Below are positions 11,112 through 22,490 of a stretch of DNA of 64,000 nucleotides, piece after piece. The stretch is from Candidatus Poribacteria bacterium (GTDB taxonomy: Bacteria > Poribacteria > WGA-4E > PCPOR2b), in contig OZ244587.1 of NCBI GenBank assembly GCA_965218095.1, forward strand, positions 2,368,001 through 2,432,000, read 5' to 3'. Position 1 is the first letter of the stretch; each line of letters begins with the position of its first letter. The notes beneath the pieces were generated by a model. That model was not told the origin of the DNA. It searched no databases and saw only the letters and a list, made by a program, of their open reading frames with translations. A program made the position numbers and the translations under genes.

Positions 11112-12221
11112 TCACTTTGTGTCCTCAAACAAATTGGGCCACATCTGTTCGATCGCCAGGTAGTTTGCCGGCGTAATCAGACGGATTGTACCTAACTTCG
11201 TCTTCGTCAGAATTTTGCCGTTGGGCAATTCAACATCGTAAAAGAAAGGACGATCATTGAGGACATCCACAGCGGCTTTTAGTGCCTCTAGTCCCCGTTC
11301 ATAAGGCATCAGATCAATCTCAGCGTCGTGCTGTTTCACCATGATCTGGCGGCACGCCTCCTCCCCCGCACCAACCCCAACGGTGATGATTTGATCGGCA
11401 AGTCCATGCAAATGCACGCCACGTACTGCGCCCACCGCCAGGGTACTATCTACCGCGATAATCGCTTGAATATTTCCCGCATAATTTTTCAGCACCTGAT
11501 CAGTAAAATCTAACGCAGCATCCACGTCGAGTGCAGAAGCGCGAGAGTGAACGCGAATTTCATTGGGATACCCGTCTAAAACGCGATAAATCCCCAGTAA
11601 GATGTTGCGTAGAGATTCAACCCCGGTCGGTCCCTCCAGGATGAGGACGTTTCCTTCGTAGCCGATTTGTTCGATTGCATATTGGGCTGCGGCTTCCCCC
11701 AATCCAGCTTCATCGACGGCGATATGTCCCCGTACCGGGATACTGACTAACAGCCGATCAAGCGTGATGACAGGAACGTTCCAGCGGCGAGCTTCCTTCA
11801 GAACTGGATAGGCCGTTTTTCCGTCGATAGCTTTGAAGATCAGCACCTGGATGCCTTCCTCAAGCATCTCTCGGATTTGCTGTATTTCTAGCGGAGCAAG
11901 ATCCTGTTTGACGCCCTTATCCCGCACGCCATTCCATAGGACTTTGATTCCGTACTCTTTTCCACCCTCAATCATCGCCTGTTTTATGAGCATATAAACA
12001 GGGACAGTCGTTTCCGGCACGCTGACACCAATTTTGATAAGCGACGCATCATCGCTGCATCCGGCGAGCATAACCGCTATCACTAACAAGATGCGTGAAA
12101 CGTGAAACGTGAAACCCCGATGGATCGGTGCAGAGCCTAGTCTCGCGCAGCGGACTCCCAATCTCTGATCGAGACTCTCGGGACGGAACTGCGAAACATG
12201 ATGTGTAATTCGTCGATGCAT
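11112..12221 (-). CDS. Sugar ABC transporter substrate-binding lipoprotein (RbsB-like)
   Basis: Lipobox LAGC, VPVITLDR, periplasmic-binding-protein pattern; start uncertain because the N-terminus is repeat-derived. Confidence 0.8.
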   Translation of the reverse strand: MHRRITHHVSQFRPESLDQRLGVRCARLGSAPIHRGFTFHVSRILLVIAVMLAGCSDDASLIKIGVSVPETTVPVYMLIKQAMIEGGKEYGIKVLWNGVRDKGVKQDLAPLEIQQIREMLEEGIQVLIFKAIDGKTAYPVLKEARRWNVPVITLDRLLVSIPVRGHIAVDEAGLGEAAAQYAIEQIGYEGNVLILEGPTGVESLRNILLGIYRVLDGYPNEIRVHSRASALDVDAALDFTDQVLKNYAGNIQAIIAVDSTLAVGAVRGVHLHGLADQIITVGVGAGEEACRQIMVKQHDAEIDLMPYERGLEALKAAVDVLNDRPFFYDVELPNGKILTKTKLGTIRLITPANYLAIEQMWPNLFEDTK

Positions 12222-12237
12222 TAATTCGCCTATCTAC

Positions 12238-12948
12238 TTATTTTTTCTTTCCGATATGGACAGCGACAATCCCAAACGTTTTACGGTAAAATCGCACATC
12301 TGCAAGCCCACATGTCTCCATGATTGCCCCAAGTTGTTCGCAGTTTGGAAATTGCATGACAGAATTTGGAAGATAACCGTAGGCATCGTTTCTATTTTTC
12401 GAGATGAGATTACCGATACACGGCAGGATGGTTTTGAAGTAGAAATAGTATATATGTCGGAAAACAGGCGCAGTCGGCTGTGTAAACTCAAGAATGACGA
12501 CACGCCCTCCCTTGACAGCGACCCGTGTCATTTCACAAATGCCAAGCTCGAAATCCGCGACATTGCGGATGCCAAAACCAACCGATACAACATCGAAGGT
12601 GTTGTCTGCGAATGGAAGCCGAAGGGTATCCGCTTCAATGGCGATTAAAGCGTGAGTCCGTCCCTGCTTTTCAACTTTCTGCTTACCAACTGCCAACATG
12701 TCAAAACAGAAGTCCGTACCAATCACAGAGATGTTGTTGCTGATTGCGTCCGCGTATGCAAGCGCGAGTTCGCCTGTACCTGTACAGACATCAAGCACCC
12801 TGCTATTCTGAGTCACCTCACTCATTTGCGCCGTGAACTTCCGCCAGGCGCGGTCACGGCGCATACTCAACAGAGAATTGAGGAAATCATATCGCTTTGC
12901 AATTGCTGAGAAGATTCTACGGACGTAAATCTCTTTGTTCGTTGCCAA
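12238..12948 (-). CDS. ubiE: Demethylmenaquinone methyltransferase MenG/UbiE
   Basis: IAKRYDFLNSLLS, LDVCTGTG, FGIRNV, YGYLPNSV. Confidence 0.92.
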   Translation of the reverse strand: MATNKEIYVRRIFSAIAKRYDFLNSLLSMRRDRAWRKFTAQMSEVTQNSRVLDVCTGTGELALAYADAISNNISVIGTDFCFDMLAVGKQKVEKQGRTHALIAIEADTLRLPFADNTFDVVSVGFGIRNVADFELGICEMTRVAVKGGRVVILEFTQPTAPVFRHIYYFYFKTILPCIGNLISKNRNDAYGYLPNSVMQFPNCEQLGAIMETCGLADVRFYRKTFGIVAVHIGKKK

Positions 12949-12951
12949 TTG

Positions 12952-13998
12952 CTACTCCCGACTAAATCCACTCCCTTGTGGAACAAGGGCGTAACCATTC
13001 TCAATCCGCGGGGGCAAATCCAGGTGGACGAGGCCAGTTTCCAGATAACACGCGTTTGGCATTGCAGCCAGGAGATGCAGATTGACGACCCCACCGCCAT
13101 GTGAGGCATACGGGATGTTGAAAGCGTCCGCGATTGCGGCGATCTCCATAATTTCCGTCACGCCACCGGATCGCCGCAGATCTCCCTGGAGGACATCGAC
13201 AGCACGCATCTCAAGGAGTTCACGGAACGCCCATTTACCGTACTCATTTTCCCCGGAAGCCACACGCATCTCTAGGTGTTGAGCCAGTTCTGCAAGTCCT
13301 TCCTTATTTGTTGTGGGAAACGGTTCTTCAAACCAGTAGCAACCGAGCTCTTGATAGACACGCCCGCGGATTAGCGCTTCAGCAGTGCTAAAGACCTGAT
13401 TTGCGTCAACCATTAAGACCGCCCCTTTGCCGATGACCTCCCAAACCGCTTCAATCCGCTGCACATCTTCATCTAGCGTCGGACACCCCACCTTGATTTT
13501 AACGGCGCGGAGTCCTTGTTCCATCGCTTCCACACAGGATTGTTTCAGTTCGTCTATTTCGTAGTTCAGCCAACCAACCATCGCATACGCAGGCACACGA
13601 TCCGCATAAGTCCCCAAGATTTTATGAACAGGTTGCCCCAACGTTTTGCCCATGAGGTCCCACAACGCAATGTCAATCACCGAGATTCCGAATTGTATCA
13701 GGCCTGACCAGCTATGATACTCTGTTTCACGGCGCAACTGCTCCCTGATTCTCTTTATTGCGAAGGGATCTTCGCCAATGATTTGGGGCGCTAATTCAAG
13801 TTCAATGATCTGTTGCAGGATTTGTGGGGCATGCTGAATCCGGCCGAAGCTGCTTGTTCCTTCTCCGACAAACCCTTCATCAGAGTGGATATGAACCGTC
13901 ACAGATCCAGCCCCCGGCAAACTCTGTAGTGCATCTCGAATGGGTTCCGCCCTTGGCGTTACTCGGTGCAGTCGCGTTTCCACTTTCGTAATTTTCAT
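12952..13998 (-). CDS. Mandelate racemase/muconate lactonizing (enolase superfamily) enzyme
   Basis: KIKVG, MVDANQ, WFEEP, GENE. Confidence 0.9.
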   Translation of the reverse strand: MKITKVETRLHRVTPRAEPIRDALQSLPGAGSVTVHIHSDEGFVGEGTSSFGRIQHAPQILQQIIELELAPQIIGEDPFAIKRIREQLRRETEYHSWSGLIQFGISVIDIALWDLMGKTLGQPVHKILGTYADRVPAYAMVGWLNYEIDELKQSCVEAMEQGLRAVKIKVGCPTLDEDVQRIEAVWEVIGKGAVLMVDANQVFSTAEALIRGRVYQELGCYWFEEPFPTTNKEGLAELAQHLEMRVASGENEYGKWAFRELLEMRAVDVLQGDLRRSGGVTEIMEIAAIADAFNIPYASHGGGVVNLHLLAAMPNACYLETGLVHLDLPPRIENGYALVPQGSGFSRE

Positions 13999-14521
13999 CG
14001 GTCAATTCCTCATTGTTTTGTGATAAACAGGCGCTTGAGAACTCGCTGCGGGATTTTCACAACTTTATATAAGTTTACCAGAAATAGACGATAACATCAA
14101 GTGCGAAACACAGGTATAAAAAAACCCTATTTTGCAATAGGGCTTTACACGAATCAACCTCCTTTATGGCAAGAGCTGTAAAAGGCTGATGAAAATTAAT
14201 TGTTATAGATGGGAAGGTGTGCCATCACTAAGTGCGTGATGCACTCTGTTCCAGTTGGCGTATCAAGAACACGACACAGGATTTGAGTTCAAGGTTTCAA
14301 AAGTTCAATGAACCCATTCCCGAGGGGCCAGACTATCGGTTTTGGTAGCAGGCACACCTCCTTTGACACATTTTCCTCAATGTCAGCTTATTCCCTTCTC
14401 TCCGACCACCATGCGAACTTTGACCCATAATTCTTAAAAACGAAGGGTATATTGAATACCCAATCCGTCATAGGTGTTTATGATAGCGCCTCACGAAAGA
14501 GTGATATGTCATGTGTAAATG

Positions 14522-16689
14522 TCAGTTGGTGATTAACGACTGATGGTTGACAACCGATCTAATTTGTTCAAGCTCTTCAATCAGATGTTGAAATGCCTCC
14601 GCCAGCCGATCTATCTGAATAGGTACTTGCGCTTCATCGTTCATTTCTAGTGCATCCCGGATTCCCGGAAAGACAACCGCGGCATACCCACTGTGAAGCC
14701 CAGGCGCATAGATCAGATGCTTAAACCATGGACGCAGAGGCAATCCCGCCTCAGAGATTAATGTTTGTTCTAGCTGGTGTAAACGGCGATTAATCGTTTC
14801 AGTTTCGATTAATTCTTGTCTCTTGAGACGATTGGTGAGGTCGCTGTGAAGGCTATCTGCCATGTTCTCCCATTTGCTGAGTAATCCCCGTAATCGTTGT
14901 GGCCTATCCCTCGCAATAGCACTCTTAGGATCGCTGTTTTGCAGTGCTTTCAGATGAATTAAGAGCTCCTTCGCGTACTCTTTGTAATCGAATGGCAAGA
15001 TGTCCGCGTTTGCAAGGCGCAATGCCAGAATCCCCCAGATTTGCGCCATCGCTGTCTGATACTGAAACGCCGGATCGCCGAAATGTTCTATCCAATAAAA
15101 ATTGTCCTGCATTGCATGATAAACACCGTAGGGGCCATCAAACCCCATGCTAATCGAGGGAATTCCAAGATGCCCAATAAAGGGTGAGTAATCAGAACCG
15201 CTGCCGAGATTCCCAATTCGCGGCGCCTGTTTATCCTGATGCTGCCTCCAGGTCTCATAAACTGTTTGATGTGTTTGCGGATGAATAACCGCTTGAGTCA
15301 CCTCCGTCACCAGTGACTTGAGTGATGGCACAGCGCTCGCATAGAAATTTACCCCTGTCGTGGCAATGTCAACATTCAGGTATGCAATCGCCTTCTGCTG
15401 AAGTTCACTCTTCGGATCTTCAACCCATTCAGTTGAGCCAATAATCCCGAATTCCTCCGCGTCCCAGTTTGCAAAGACGATCGTGCGTTTTGGTCGATGT
15501 CCTTCCTTCGCTAACTGCCCGAGGCAGCGCGCAACCTCCAGGAGACTCGTGGCGCCACTTCCTGGATCTGCGGCACCATAGATCCAGGCATCATGGTGGT
15601 TGCCAAGGATGACCCATTGATCGGGGGTTTCCGAGCCCTTGAGTTTAGCAATCACATTATAGATTGGACGATTCTTATGCTCACAGCGGACTTTGAGATG
15701 GACTTTCGCGGACCCCGGACCGGTGTGGTACGCAAAAGGTAAGCCTCCCTGCCAACCATCAGGGACATTCGGTCCCGCCAAAGCCTTGAGCAGCAGCTCT
15801 GCATCTCGGTATGCCAGCGGCGCAACGGGAATCCCGGGAAGATCTGTCGCCTCTGAAATCGGTATCCGGTGCGCGTCCTTTGTCGATGCCCACCCCGGTG
15901 TTAATGGATCGCTGGCATGGTGGAAAATATACTTTACTGTTCCGCGTTGGATTGCATCGGCTGATCGCCAGGGACCACGTGGGTAAACATCTCCCTTCAT
16001 GTATCCATCATCTGCCGGATCCGAGTAGATGATCAAGCCGGCTGCGCCCTGTTCCCCGGCGACCTTCGCCTTGACCCCTTGATAACTGCCTCCATACCTT
16101 GCAATGGCAATCTTACCTTCGACGGATATGCCCATTGCCGCTAATTTCTGATAATCATCGGGTAATCCCTGGTTCACATAGACCAGGTCTGCGGTCACAT
16201 CACCATCTAGCGAATATGCGTTATAGCCTGCGACGATGTTTGTTTCGTAAGAATCCTTGTCCCATTCCCAGCTTTCCTCCTTCCCAAGCGCCTGGTAGTG
16301 TGTCGGTGCTACCATTTCGATCCGAACTTCGATCGGATGCGGCAGATAAACCTCATACTCATAAACTTGCGCCTCCAATCCATATTCCTGATACTTCTCG
16401 TACAGGTATTGTGCAATTTATAACTGTTCTCGGTTCCGGCGAGATGTGGCTCTTCTGTCAAACGTCGCAACTCCCGACGACACATTTCGGGAGAGGTAAG
16501 CTGCTTAAATGCTTCTTCATATTTTTTTTGCTCAATCGAACTCACGGCTGTAAAACCTCGAAGGGGTAATGGCGTTTGTGCAGACAATGGAAAAGCAATG
16601 ATGGCGAAATAGAATATCAGGCGAAGTTTCAGCCGAATTCGATACGGTAGAGAAGGGATTTGACGGTTACTCGGTATTGGTTTAGTCAT
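14522..16689 (-). pseudogene. M28 glutamate carboxypeptidase II-like peptidase (PA + TfR-dimer domains), frameshifted
   Basis: GNHHDAW, AADPGSG, WDAEEFG, GSGSDY; N-terminal ORF 16309-16689 joins the main frame if one base is restored near 16415-16419 (ENSYK|xAQYLYEKY). Confidence 0.85.
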
Positions 16690-17013
16690 AAATAGACTAC
16701 TTTCTATAAGGGATTATCAGACAATAGGGACAAGAAAATTAGAAAGGAATGAAAGAAAATCAAGAGATAGACCGTAGCTCCATTTTCCCACATAATACGC
16801 AGCACGGTTCTAATATCTATTCACTTAAACAACTCATCAAGTTGCGTGCAATGATAGCACACCTCCTTTTATTTGTCACTGAAATTTGTGAAGAAACGCC
16901 GTTGCAAATCCACCAAATTTTGGTGCAATCCAGCGAAAGCAGTTGACAATTCAATCAGGGGAATGCTATTCTAACATCTGCCAAAGACAATTTATACAAG
17001 AAGATCTCAGTAA

Positions 17014-17619
17014 ATGAATTGCTTGATTAGTGTTATTTCGATCCTTTGTTCTGTTGTACTCCTTGGATGCTCCGATGACCTAGAATTTGACACCGCCGCC
17101 GCGAAAAAGAATCAAGCGGAAGGTTGGGCAGCTTACGATCAAGGAGACTTTTCTGGCGCACTCCTGAAGTTTGAGCGTGCGATTGATTTGGATCCAAACG
17201 TTGCGGATGCCCACAACGGCTTAGGCTGGAGTCATCTGAGTGAGTCGCGGAAGTCTTCAATGGATTCGAGAGTTATTGCAAAGGCGCAAGAGGCTTTCGA
17301 GGGAGCGATCCGCTTAGACGCTTCCAATGCAGATGCGTGGATTGGGTTAGCGAACACGCTCTTTCTCCGCCGTGAAAGGGCCTCAGACTTTCAAACAGCG
17401 CTCCATGCTATCAACAACGCCTTGAAAACAGATCATCGGACGCTCTTTCGACATGACTATCAGTCAGCCGCAGATCTCTATACACTGAGAGCCGTTTGCT
17501 ATTACTATCTCGGCGAAACAGGCCTTGCCAGATTTTCGATCGAAACTGCACTTGAAATCGATCCCCCAAACACGGCTGCCTTGTCGCTTCAACAGTTGTT
17601 AAAACAGGCAGATCTGTGA
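17014..17619 (+). CDS. TPR-repeat lipoprotein
   Basis: Lipobox LLGC; TPR helices (ADAHNGLGW, ADAWIGLA). Confidence 0.8.
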   Translation: MNCLISVISILCSVVLLGCSDDLEFDTAAAKKNQAEGWAAYDQGDFSGALLKFERAIDLDPNVADAHNGLGWSHLSESRKSSMDSRVIAKAQEAFEGAIRLDASNADAWIGLANTLFLRRERASDFQTALHAINNALKTDHRTLFRHDYQSAADLYTLRAVCYYYLGETGLARFSIETALEIDPPNTAALSLQQLLKQADL

Positions 17620-17653
17620 ATCCCGACGCTAAAAATCCGCAGGAGAAGTCACC

Positions 17654-18150
17654 ATGCTATTAGAAGGTAAGAAAGCACTCATTACCGGCTCATGACGCGG
17701 GATTGGTCGGGGAATCGCTCTCGCGTTGGCGCAAAATGGTTGCGATATTGGACTCAACGACATTGAACACGACGAATCAGCGGATTGGACAATTGCGCTC
17801 ATTGGCAAGGCCGGCCACAAATGCACCTTCACGGTCGCAGACATCAGTAAAAGCGATCAGGTGAATGCCTTGTTCAACGGTTTTCTCGCTGAATATGGTC
17901 AGATCGACATTCTGGTGAATAACCCGTACTGGTCGGAGAATATGCCGTTTCTGGAAATCACGGAAGAAGTTTGGGATCGGACGATGGAAGTAAGTTTGAA
18001 GGAGTATTTCCTGTGTAGCCAACGTGCGGCAAAAGAGATGGTTAAGCAAAAGTCGGGTGGGCGGATTGTCAGCATCTCATCCATACATGCCGTGCGCGTA
18101 TGGGAGACCGATACTGCCTATGGGTTGGAAGGCGGGAGTGATTCGCTTGA
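17654..18150 (+). pseudogene. Short-chain dehydrogenase/reductase, disrupted and truncated
   Basis: ITGS*RGIG (TGA at 17693-17695), IDILVNN; ends at TAYG, so the YxxxK region is lost. Confidence 0.85.
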
Positions 18151-18381
18151 CAACGCCGTGTCGTTGATTCCGAGAATCTCAACATGAGGCAGAATCACAT
18201 AAAGATCCGACATCCTTCCCGCTCTAACTGCTCTAAATTCGACCTCATAAACCGTGATCGTACTCAAAAAATATCGGTCATACTTTGCAATCGCTTTTTC
18301 AAATACCGTCATATTAGATCTCTGACGAGTTCGTATATAGGTGATGATTACGGTTATTTCAATCAATATTCTTTGTCCCAT
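18118..18381 (-). pseudogene. VapC/PIN toxin, 3'-truncated
   Basis: ILIEITVII and LSTITVYEV match a PIN N-terminal half; overlaps the antitoxin 3' end; C-terminal acidic motifs absent. Confidence 0.65.
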
Positions 18382-18610
18382 TCTTGCCCCGATCACGGCC
18401 AAGGTACGCCAGGGCTTCGGTAATCTTTTCATCATCTGCCCAAGCCTCCCGCATCTGTTCAAGCATTTTCAGCTTTTCTTCTTTGGACACCTCCTTTTTA
18501 GCAGGCTTAATTTCAATTCGGACGGATTCACCTTCGTTGAGTCCGAGTGAATCGTAAACCCGTTCAGAGATTTCAATAAATGGTTTCTTTCCAACTTTGG
18601 CGTTGATCAT
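18359..18610 (-). CDS. AbrB/MazE-like (VapB) antitoxin
   Basis: IEISERVYDSLGLNEGESVRIEI swapped-hairpin pattern; GAGGAG RBS. Confidence 0.7.
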   Translation of the reverse strand: MINAKVGKKPFIEISERVYDSLGLNEGESVRIEIKPAKKEVSKEEKLKMLEQMREAWADDEKITEALAYLGRDRGKNGTKNID

Positions 18611-18719
18611 AGTTAACACTCCTCTCGGTTTGATTCATTGAATTATAACACCCATTGCAACATTGGAGTTGGCTGTGTGTCAATCTTCAAAAAAATGTTC
18701 AATTCAAAAGGGAGCTCAC

Positions 18720-21068
18720 TTGAATAAAACACACACTTTCCTCTATACCATTCTCACAATTCTGATCGCCTGCCAACCTGTCATCGCTGATTCACCCAAA
18801 GCTAACACACGCCTGCCTTCTAGCTCTGTTGCCGTAACCGATGGCGCGCTTGCAACCTTTTTTAACCCCGCCGGTTTGGGTGCTGCCCATCGAGGTCTTG
18901 AATTCTACTATCTGCGCACCTACAAGGGCGATTCGGATGGTGATGACGCCCTTTTCATATCCGCGGCGAAGACGGGCTTTAGTATGGAATTTGCCACCGC
19001 CGCAGATGACACAGATTTTAATCGATATACGTTATCTAACGGCAGCCATCTCGGCAAGTCATTCTATTGGGGAACGGGTTATAGTTGGATTAACTCTGAT
19101 GATAAGGCTTACGATAAATTCTCCTCATGGTCACTAGGATTGATGTTTCGTCGCCGATACCTTTCGATTGGGGCAATTGCACGAGATCTCAATCGCCCGC
19201 GTTTACGTGGAGAGAAGCTCGGCAGAACTTACGACTTCGGGGTCGCTATCCGTCCGAGGACATCATGGATCACCTTTTCAGTCGATGGGCGCAAAGTCGA
19301 GGACGTAGATGGACTGCATTTCAGCTACGCCCTGGAGATACGCCCTGTTCGCGGGGTGACATTGCGAGGAAACCTGAACGAAGATAACAGTTTTGATCTT
19401 CGTTTCGGTATCAACATCGGGCAGGTTGGGCTTGGAACATATAATCGTTTCAATGATGATCAGGCGCGTCAAGAGGGTGTCGGGTATATTTCCCTTTCTC
19501 AGGCCCTTCACACAACCCGGCACATTCGGCGCAATGCCTTCTTAGACGTACGAATGGGCGAAATCGAAAAAACCCTCAAAGTCGCGAAGCGTGATCGGGA
19601 GATCGCCGGGGCCCTAATCAAGATCAGCGGGAGGCGCTACGGTATCGGTCGCTTACAGGAAATCCGAGATGCCCTCCTAGATTTTAAGGCAAGTGGCAAG
19701 AAGGTAATCGGTTACATGCACAACTGCTCGACGGGCAACTACATGCTCGCATCAGCCTGCGATCGAATTGTGCTGCACCCGTCTGGAGAGGTGCGTTTGA
19801 TTGGGTTACGTTCGGAGGTTTCATTCTACAAAGGCGTACTTGACAAATTCGGCATCCGGGCAGATCTTGAGCATATCGGCGAGTATAAATCGGCATCGGA
19901 TCTCTTCACACGCAAGGAGATGTCAGAGGCACATCGTGAAGTACAAAATGCAATCCTTGATGATCTCTACGATCAGTTGACTCAATCCATCGCAGAAGGG
20001 CGCAATTGGACACAAGAACATGTAAAGCAGCTAATCGATCAAGGTCCTTTCACCGCGAAACAGGCTTTGAAAAACGGACTCGTCGATCAGCTTGCTTATC
20101 GTGATGAACTGAAAGGAATCGCCAAAGAACTAACGGGGAAAAATCGCCGCTTGGTAAAAGTCCGGAAATATCTGGGAATCAATGAATACGAATACGATTG
20201 GGAAACGCCGCTGCCGAAGATTGCCATTGTCGAAGCAGAGGGAATGATGGTGACGGGCAAAAGTTTTACCGATCCGTTTACAGGGACAAGAACCATGGGG
20301 TCTACCACCATTGCTCGCGCCATCCGATCCGTCCGTAAAGACTCGTCGGTCAAAGCGGTTGTGCTGCGAATAGAGAGCGGTGGTGGGTTGGTTCTCGCCG
20401 CAGACATTATCTGGCGTGAATTGATGCAGCTCAAAAAGGTCAAGCCGTTGGTCGTTTCGATGGGAGATGTTGCGGGCTCTGGTGGATACTACATCGCGGT
20501 TCCGGCTGACATGATTGTGGCTGAACCTGGCGCCATCACCGGCTCAATTGGCGTAATCTCCGGCAAATATAGCTTCAAAGGGCTTTACGACAAGATCGGG
20601 ATCCACAAAGAGATTATTAAACGCGGGAAACATGCCGACTTTTACACGGACTACGGCGATTATCCGCCCGAAGAACGCGAGATTATCCAAAACCAGATTC
20701 AAGAAATCTACGACGAATTCATCAGCCGGGTGGCGGCGGGCCGGGGTATGACAAAGGAGGCGGTCAATCAAATAGGAAAGGGGCGAATCTGGACAGGCAA
20801 GCAGGCGAAGGAGATTGGGCTGGTTGATGAACTTGGTGGATTAGAGCTCGCCCTATTGATAGCTCGGGAGACAGCTGGTTTAGAGAACAAGGAAGTTCAG
20901 CTTGTTCGGTTGCCAAAGCAGAGTTTGCGGGAACAGTGGTTGAACGCCCTCCACGCAGCGGGTTCAATCATCTCCCCAACCGGACGGAAGTTTCCTACGC
21001 TTGCGGATGTCATGACAGGACACCGTTTTTTTTTGGTGACGCCGTATAATGTGCGGGTGAATGATTGA
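18720..21068 (+). CDS. sppA: Signal peptide peptidase SppA (protease IV) with N-terminal beta-rich extension
   Basis: GEYKSA, VVLRIESGGG, VVSMGDVAGSGGYY, TGSIGV, GRIWTGKQA. Confidence 0.9.
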   Translation: MNKTHTFLYTILTILIACQPVIADSPKANTRLPSSSVAVTDGALATFFNPAGLGAAHRGLEFYYLRTYKGDSDGDDALFISAAKTGFSMEFATAADDTDFNRYTLSNGSHLGKSFYWGTGYSWINSDDKAYDKFSSWSLGLMFRRRYLSIGAIARDLNRPRLRGEKLGRTYDFGVAIRPRTSWITFSVDGRKVEDVDGLHFSYALEIRPVRGVTLRGNLNEDNSFDLRFGINIGQVGLGTYNRFNDDQARQEGVGYISLSQALHTTRHIRRNAFLDVRMGEIEKTLKVAKRDREIAGALIKISGRRYGIGRLQEIRDALLDFKASGKKVIGYMHNCSTGNYMLASACDRIVLHPSGEVRLIGLRSEVSFYKGVLDKFGIRADLEHIGEYKSASDLFTRKEMSEAHREVQNAILDDLYDQLTQSIAEGRNWTQEHVKQLIDQGPFTAKQALKNGLVDQLAYRDELKGIAKELTGKNRRLVKVRKYLGINEYEYDWETPLPKIAIVEAEGMMVTGKSFTDPFTGTRTMGSTTIARAIRSVRKDSSVKAVVLRIESGGGLVLAADIIWRELMQLKKVKPLVVSMGDVAGSGGYYIAVPADMIVAEPGAITGSIGVISGKYSFKGLYDKIGIHKEIIKRGKHADFYTDYGDYPPEEREIIQNQIQEIYDEFISRVAAGRGMTKEAVNQIGKGRIWTGKQAKEIGLVDELGGLELALLIARETAGLENKEVQLVRLPKQSLREQWLNALHAAGSIISPTGRKFPTLADVMTGHRFFLVTPYNVRVND

Positions 21069-21156
21069 TGCATGGGACGTAATGCGTAAAACGTAAGAAG
21101 AAGCAGTCCACTTGTGAGTTCTTTTTACGTTTTGCGAATAAGGGGAAAGCACTCAC

Positions 21157-22302
21157 ATGAAAATCACAAACGTTCAAACATTCCTCGTTCATCCCGGTGG
21201 GGGCAAAAATTGGCTATTCGTCAAAGTGGAAACGGACGAGGGAGTTCACGGCTGGGGGGAGTGCTACACGCAAGCAGACCGTGATCGCACTATCGAAATC
21301 CATGTGCATCAGCTTGGGCGTTACCTCGTTGGGCGCAATCCGTTCAACATCAAGCATTTCACTTTCATGGCGTATCACGATTTCGCAGGGAAGCGCGGGT
21401 CAATGGAGCACTATTGCGCGATTAGCGGGATTGAGCACGCCCTCTGGGACATTGTGGGCAAGGCGTTGAATACCCCCGTCTATAACCTGTTGGGTGGCGC
21501 ATGCCGGGACAAGATTCGTGTCTACGCCAATGGCTGGGGTGGCAGCACAATTGAAGAACGCGCCGAGCGTGCCGTGCAACTGGTCGAGCAGGGATTTACC
21601 GCGATGAAGTTCGATCCGTTCCCCGGCCCGTGGCGCACACACATCAGCCGTGACGATGAACGGGAGGCGGTTGAGTGTGTGCGTGCGGTGCGCGAAGCCG
21701 TCGGTCCCGATGTAGATTTACTCGTCGAAGTCCACCGCCGTCTTGCGCCTGTCCACGCCATCCGCGTCGCCAAAATGATGGAAGCATTTCAGCCGTTCTG
21801 GTACGAAGAGCCCGTCTCTGCCCGCAACCTGGACGCTTTAGCCGAAGTTCGCCACGCGATTAATCTCCCTGTTGTCACTGGCGAAGAGCTCTACACAAAA
21901 GCAGAATTCCGCGAGGTCTTCGAGAAGAGCGCGGCCGACATTCTCAACCCGGACGTTTGCAACTGTGGCGGCATTTTGGAGATCAAAGAGATTGCTGCGA
22001 TGGCGGAGCCGTATTTCGTGGTCATGTCGCCACACAACTACAACAGCACGACCGTTGGGCTGGCGGCGACGGTGCAGGCATGCGCGGTGATGCCCAACTT
22101 CCTCATCACCGAATACTTCGTCAACTTCACCGGGCATGGGAATGCGATTTCGATTAACCCACTCACAGTTGAAAATGGCTACATCCAACTGCCGACTGGG
22201 CCGGGGTTAGGGCTGGAGTTAGATGAAGCCGCGCTGGCACAGTATCCGTATCGAGAGTTCCCAAACCGGCCCCTGCGTCAGTTTAACGAAGAAGGCCTAT
22301 GA
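21157..22302 (+). CDS. Galactonate dehydratase-like enolase superfamily enzyme
   Basis: WLFVKVETDEG, YANGW, EVHRR, WYEEP, SPHN. Confidence 0.85.
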   Translation: MKITNVQTFLVHPGGGKNWLFVKVETDEGVHGWGECYTQADRDRTIEIHVHQLGRYLVGRNPFNIKHFTFMAYHDFAGKRGSMEHYCAISGIEHALWDIVGKALNTPVYNLLGGACRDKIRVYANGWGGSTIEERAERAVQLVEQGFTAMKFDPFPGPWRTHISRDDEREAVECVRAVREAVGPDVDLLVEVHRRLAPVHAIRVAKMMEAFQPFWYEEPVSARNLDALAEVRHAINLPVVTGEELYTKAEFREVFEKSAADILNPDVCNCGGILEIKEIAAMAEPYFVVMSPHNYNSTTVGLAATVQACAVMPNFLITEYFVNFTGHGNAISINPLTVENGYIQLPTGPGLGLELDEAALAQYPYREFPNRPLRQFNEEGL

Positions 22303-22490
22303 TGATCTGTCCGTGGTGAGTAGGAAAGTAGGTTCAGGAGTTCAGGGGTTCATTTACGCAATACGAATTACGCATCACGTTTCAGGTTTTCGATACGGCA
22401 GCCTTTTCTTTCAAATTGACAGGGAAATAGGAATTGTGGTAAAGTTGCGAACAAGAACGCCGTATTGCGTATCCAAAAGGTTGTGATCTA

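Noticed and set aside
14000-14520. Structured RNA in the 500-bp intergenic region
   Set aside because: Only isolated hairpins and micro-repeats; no coherent boundaries or known motif
2509-17695. TGA recoding or selenocysteine (in-frame TGA at 2509, 3282, 17693)
   Set aside because: Many intact genes end in TGA; the positions are not Cys sites; two of the three genes carry further lesions
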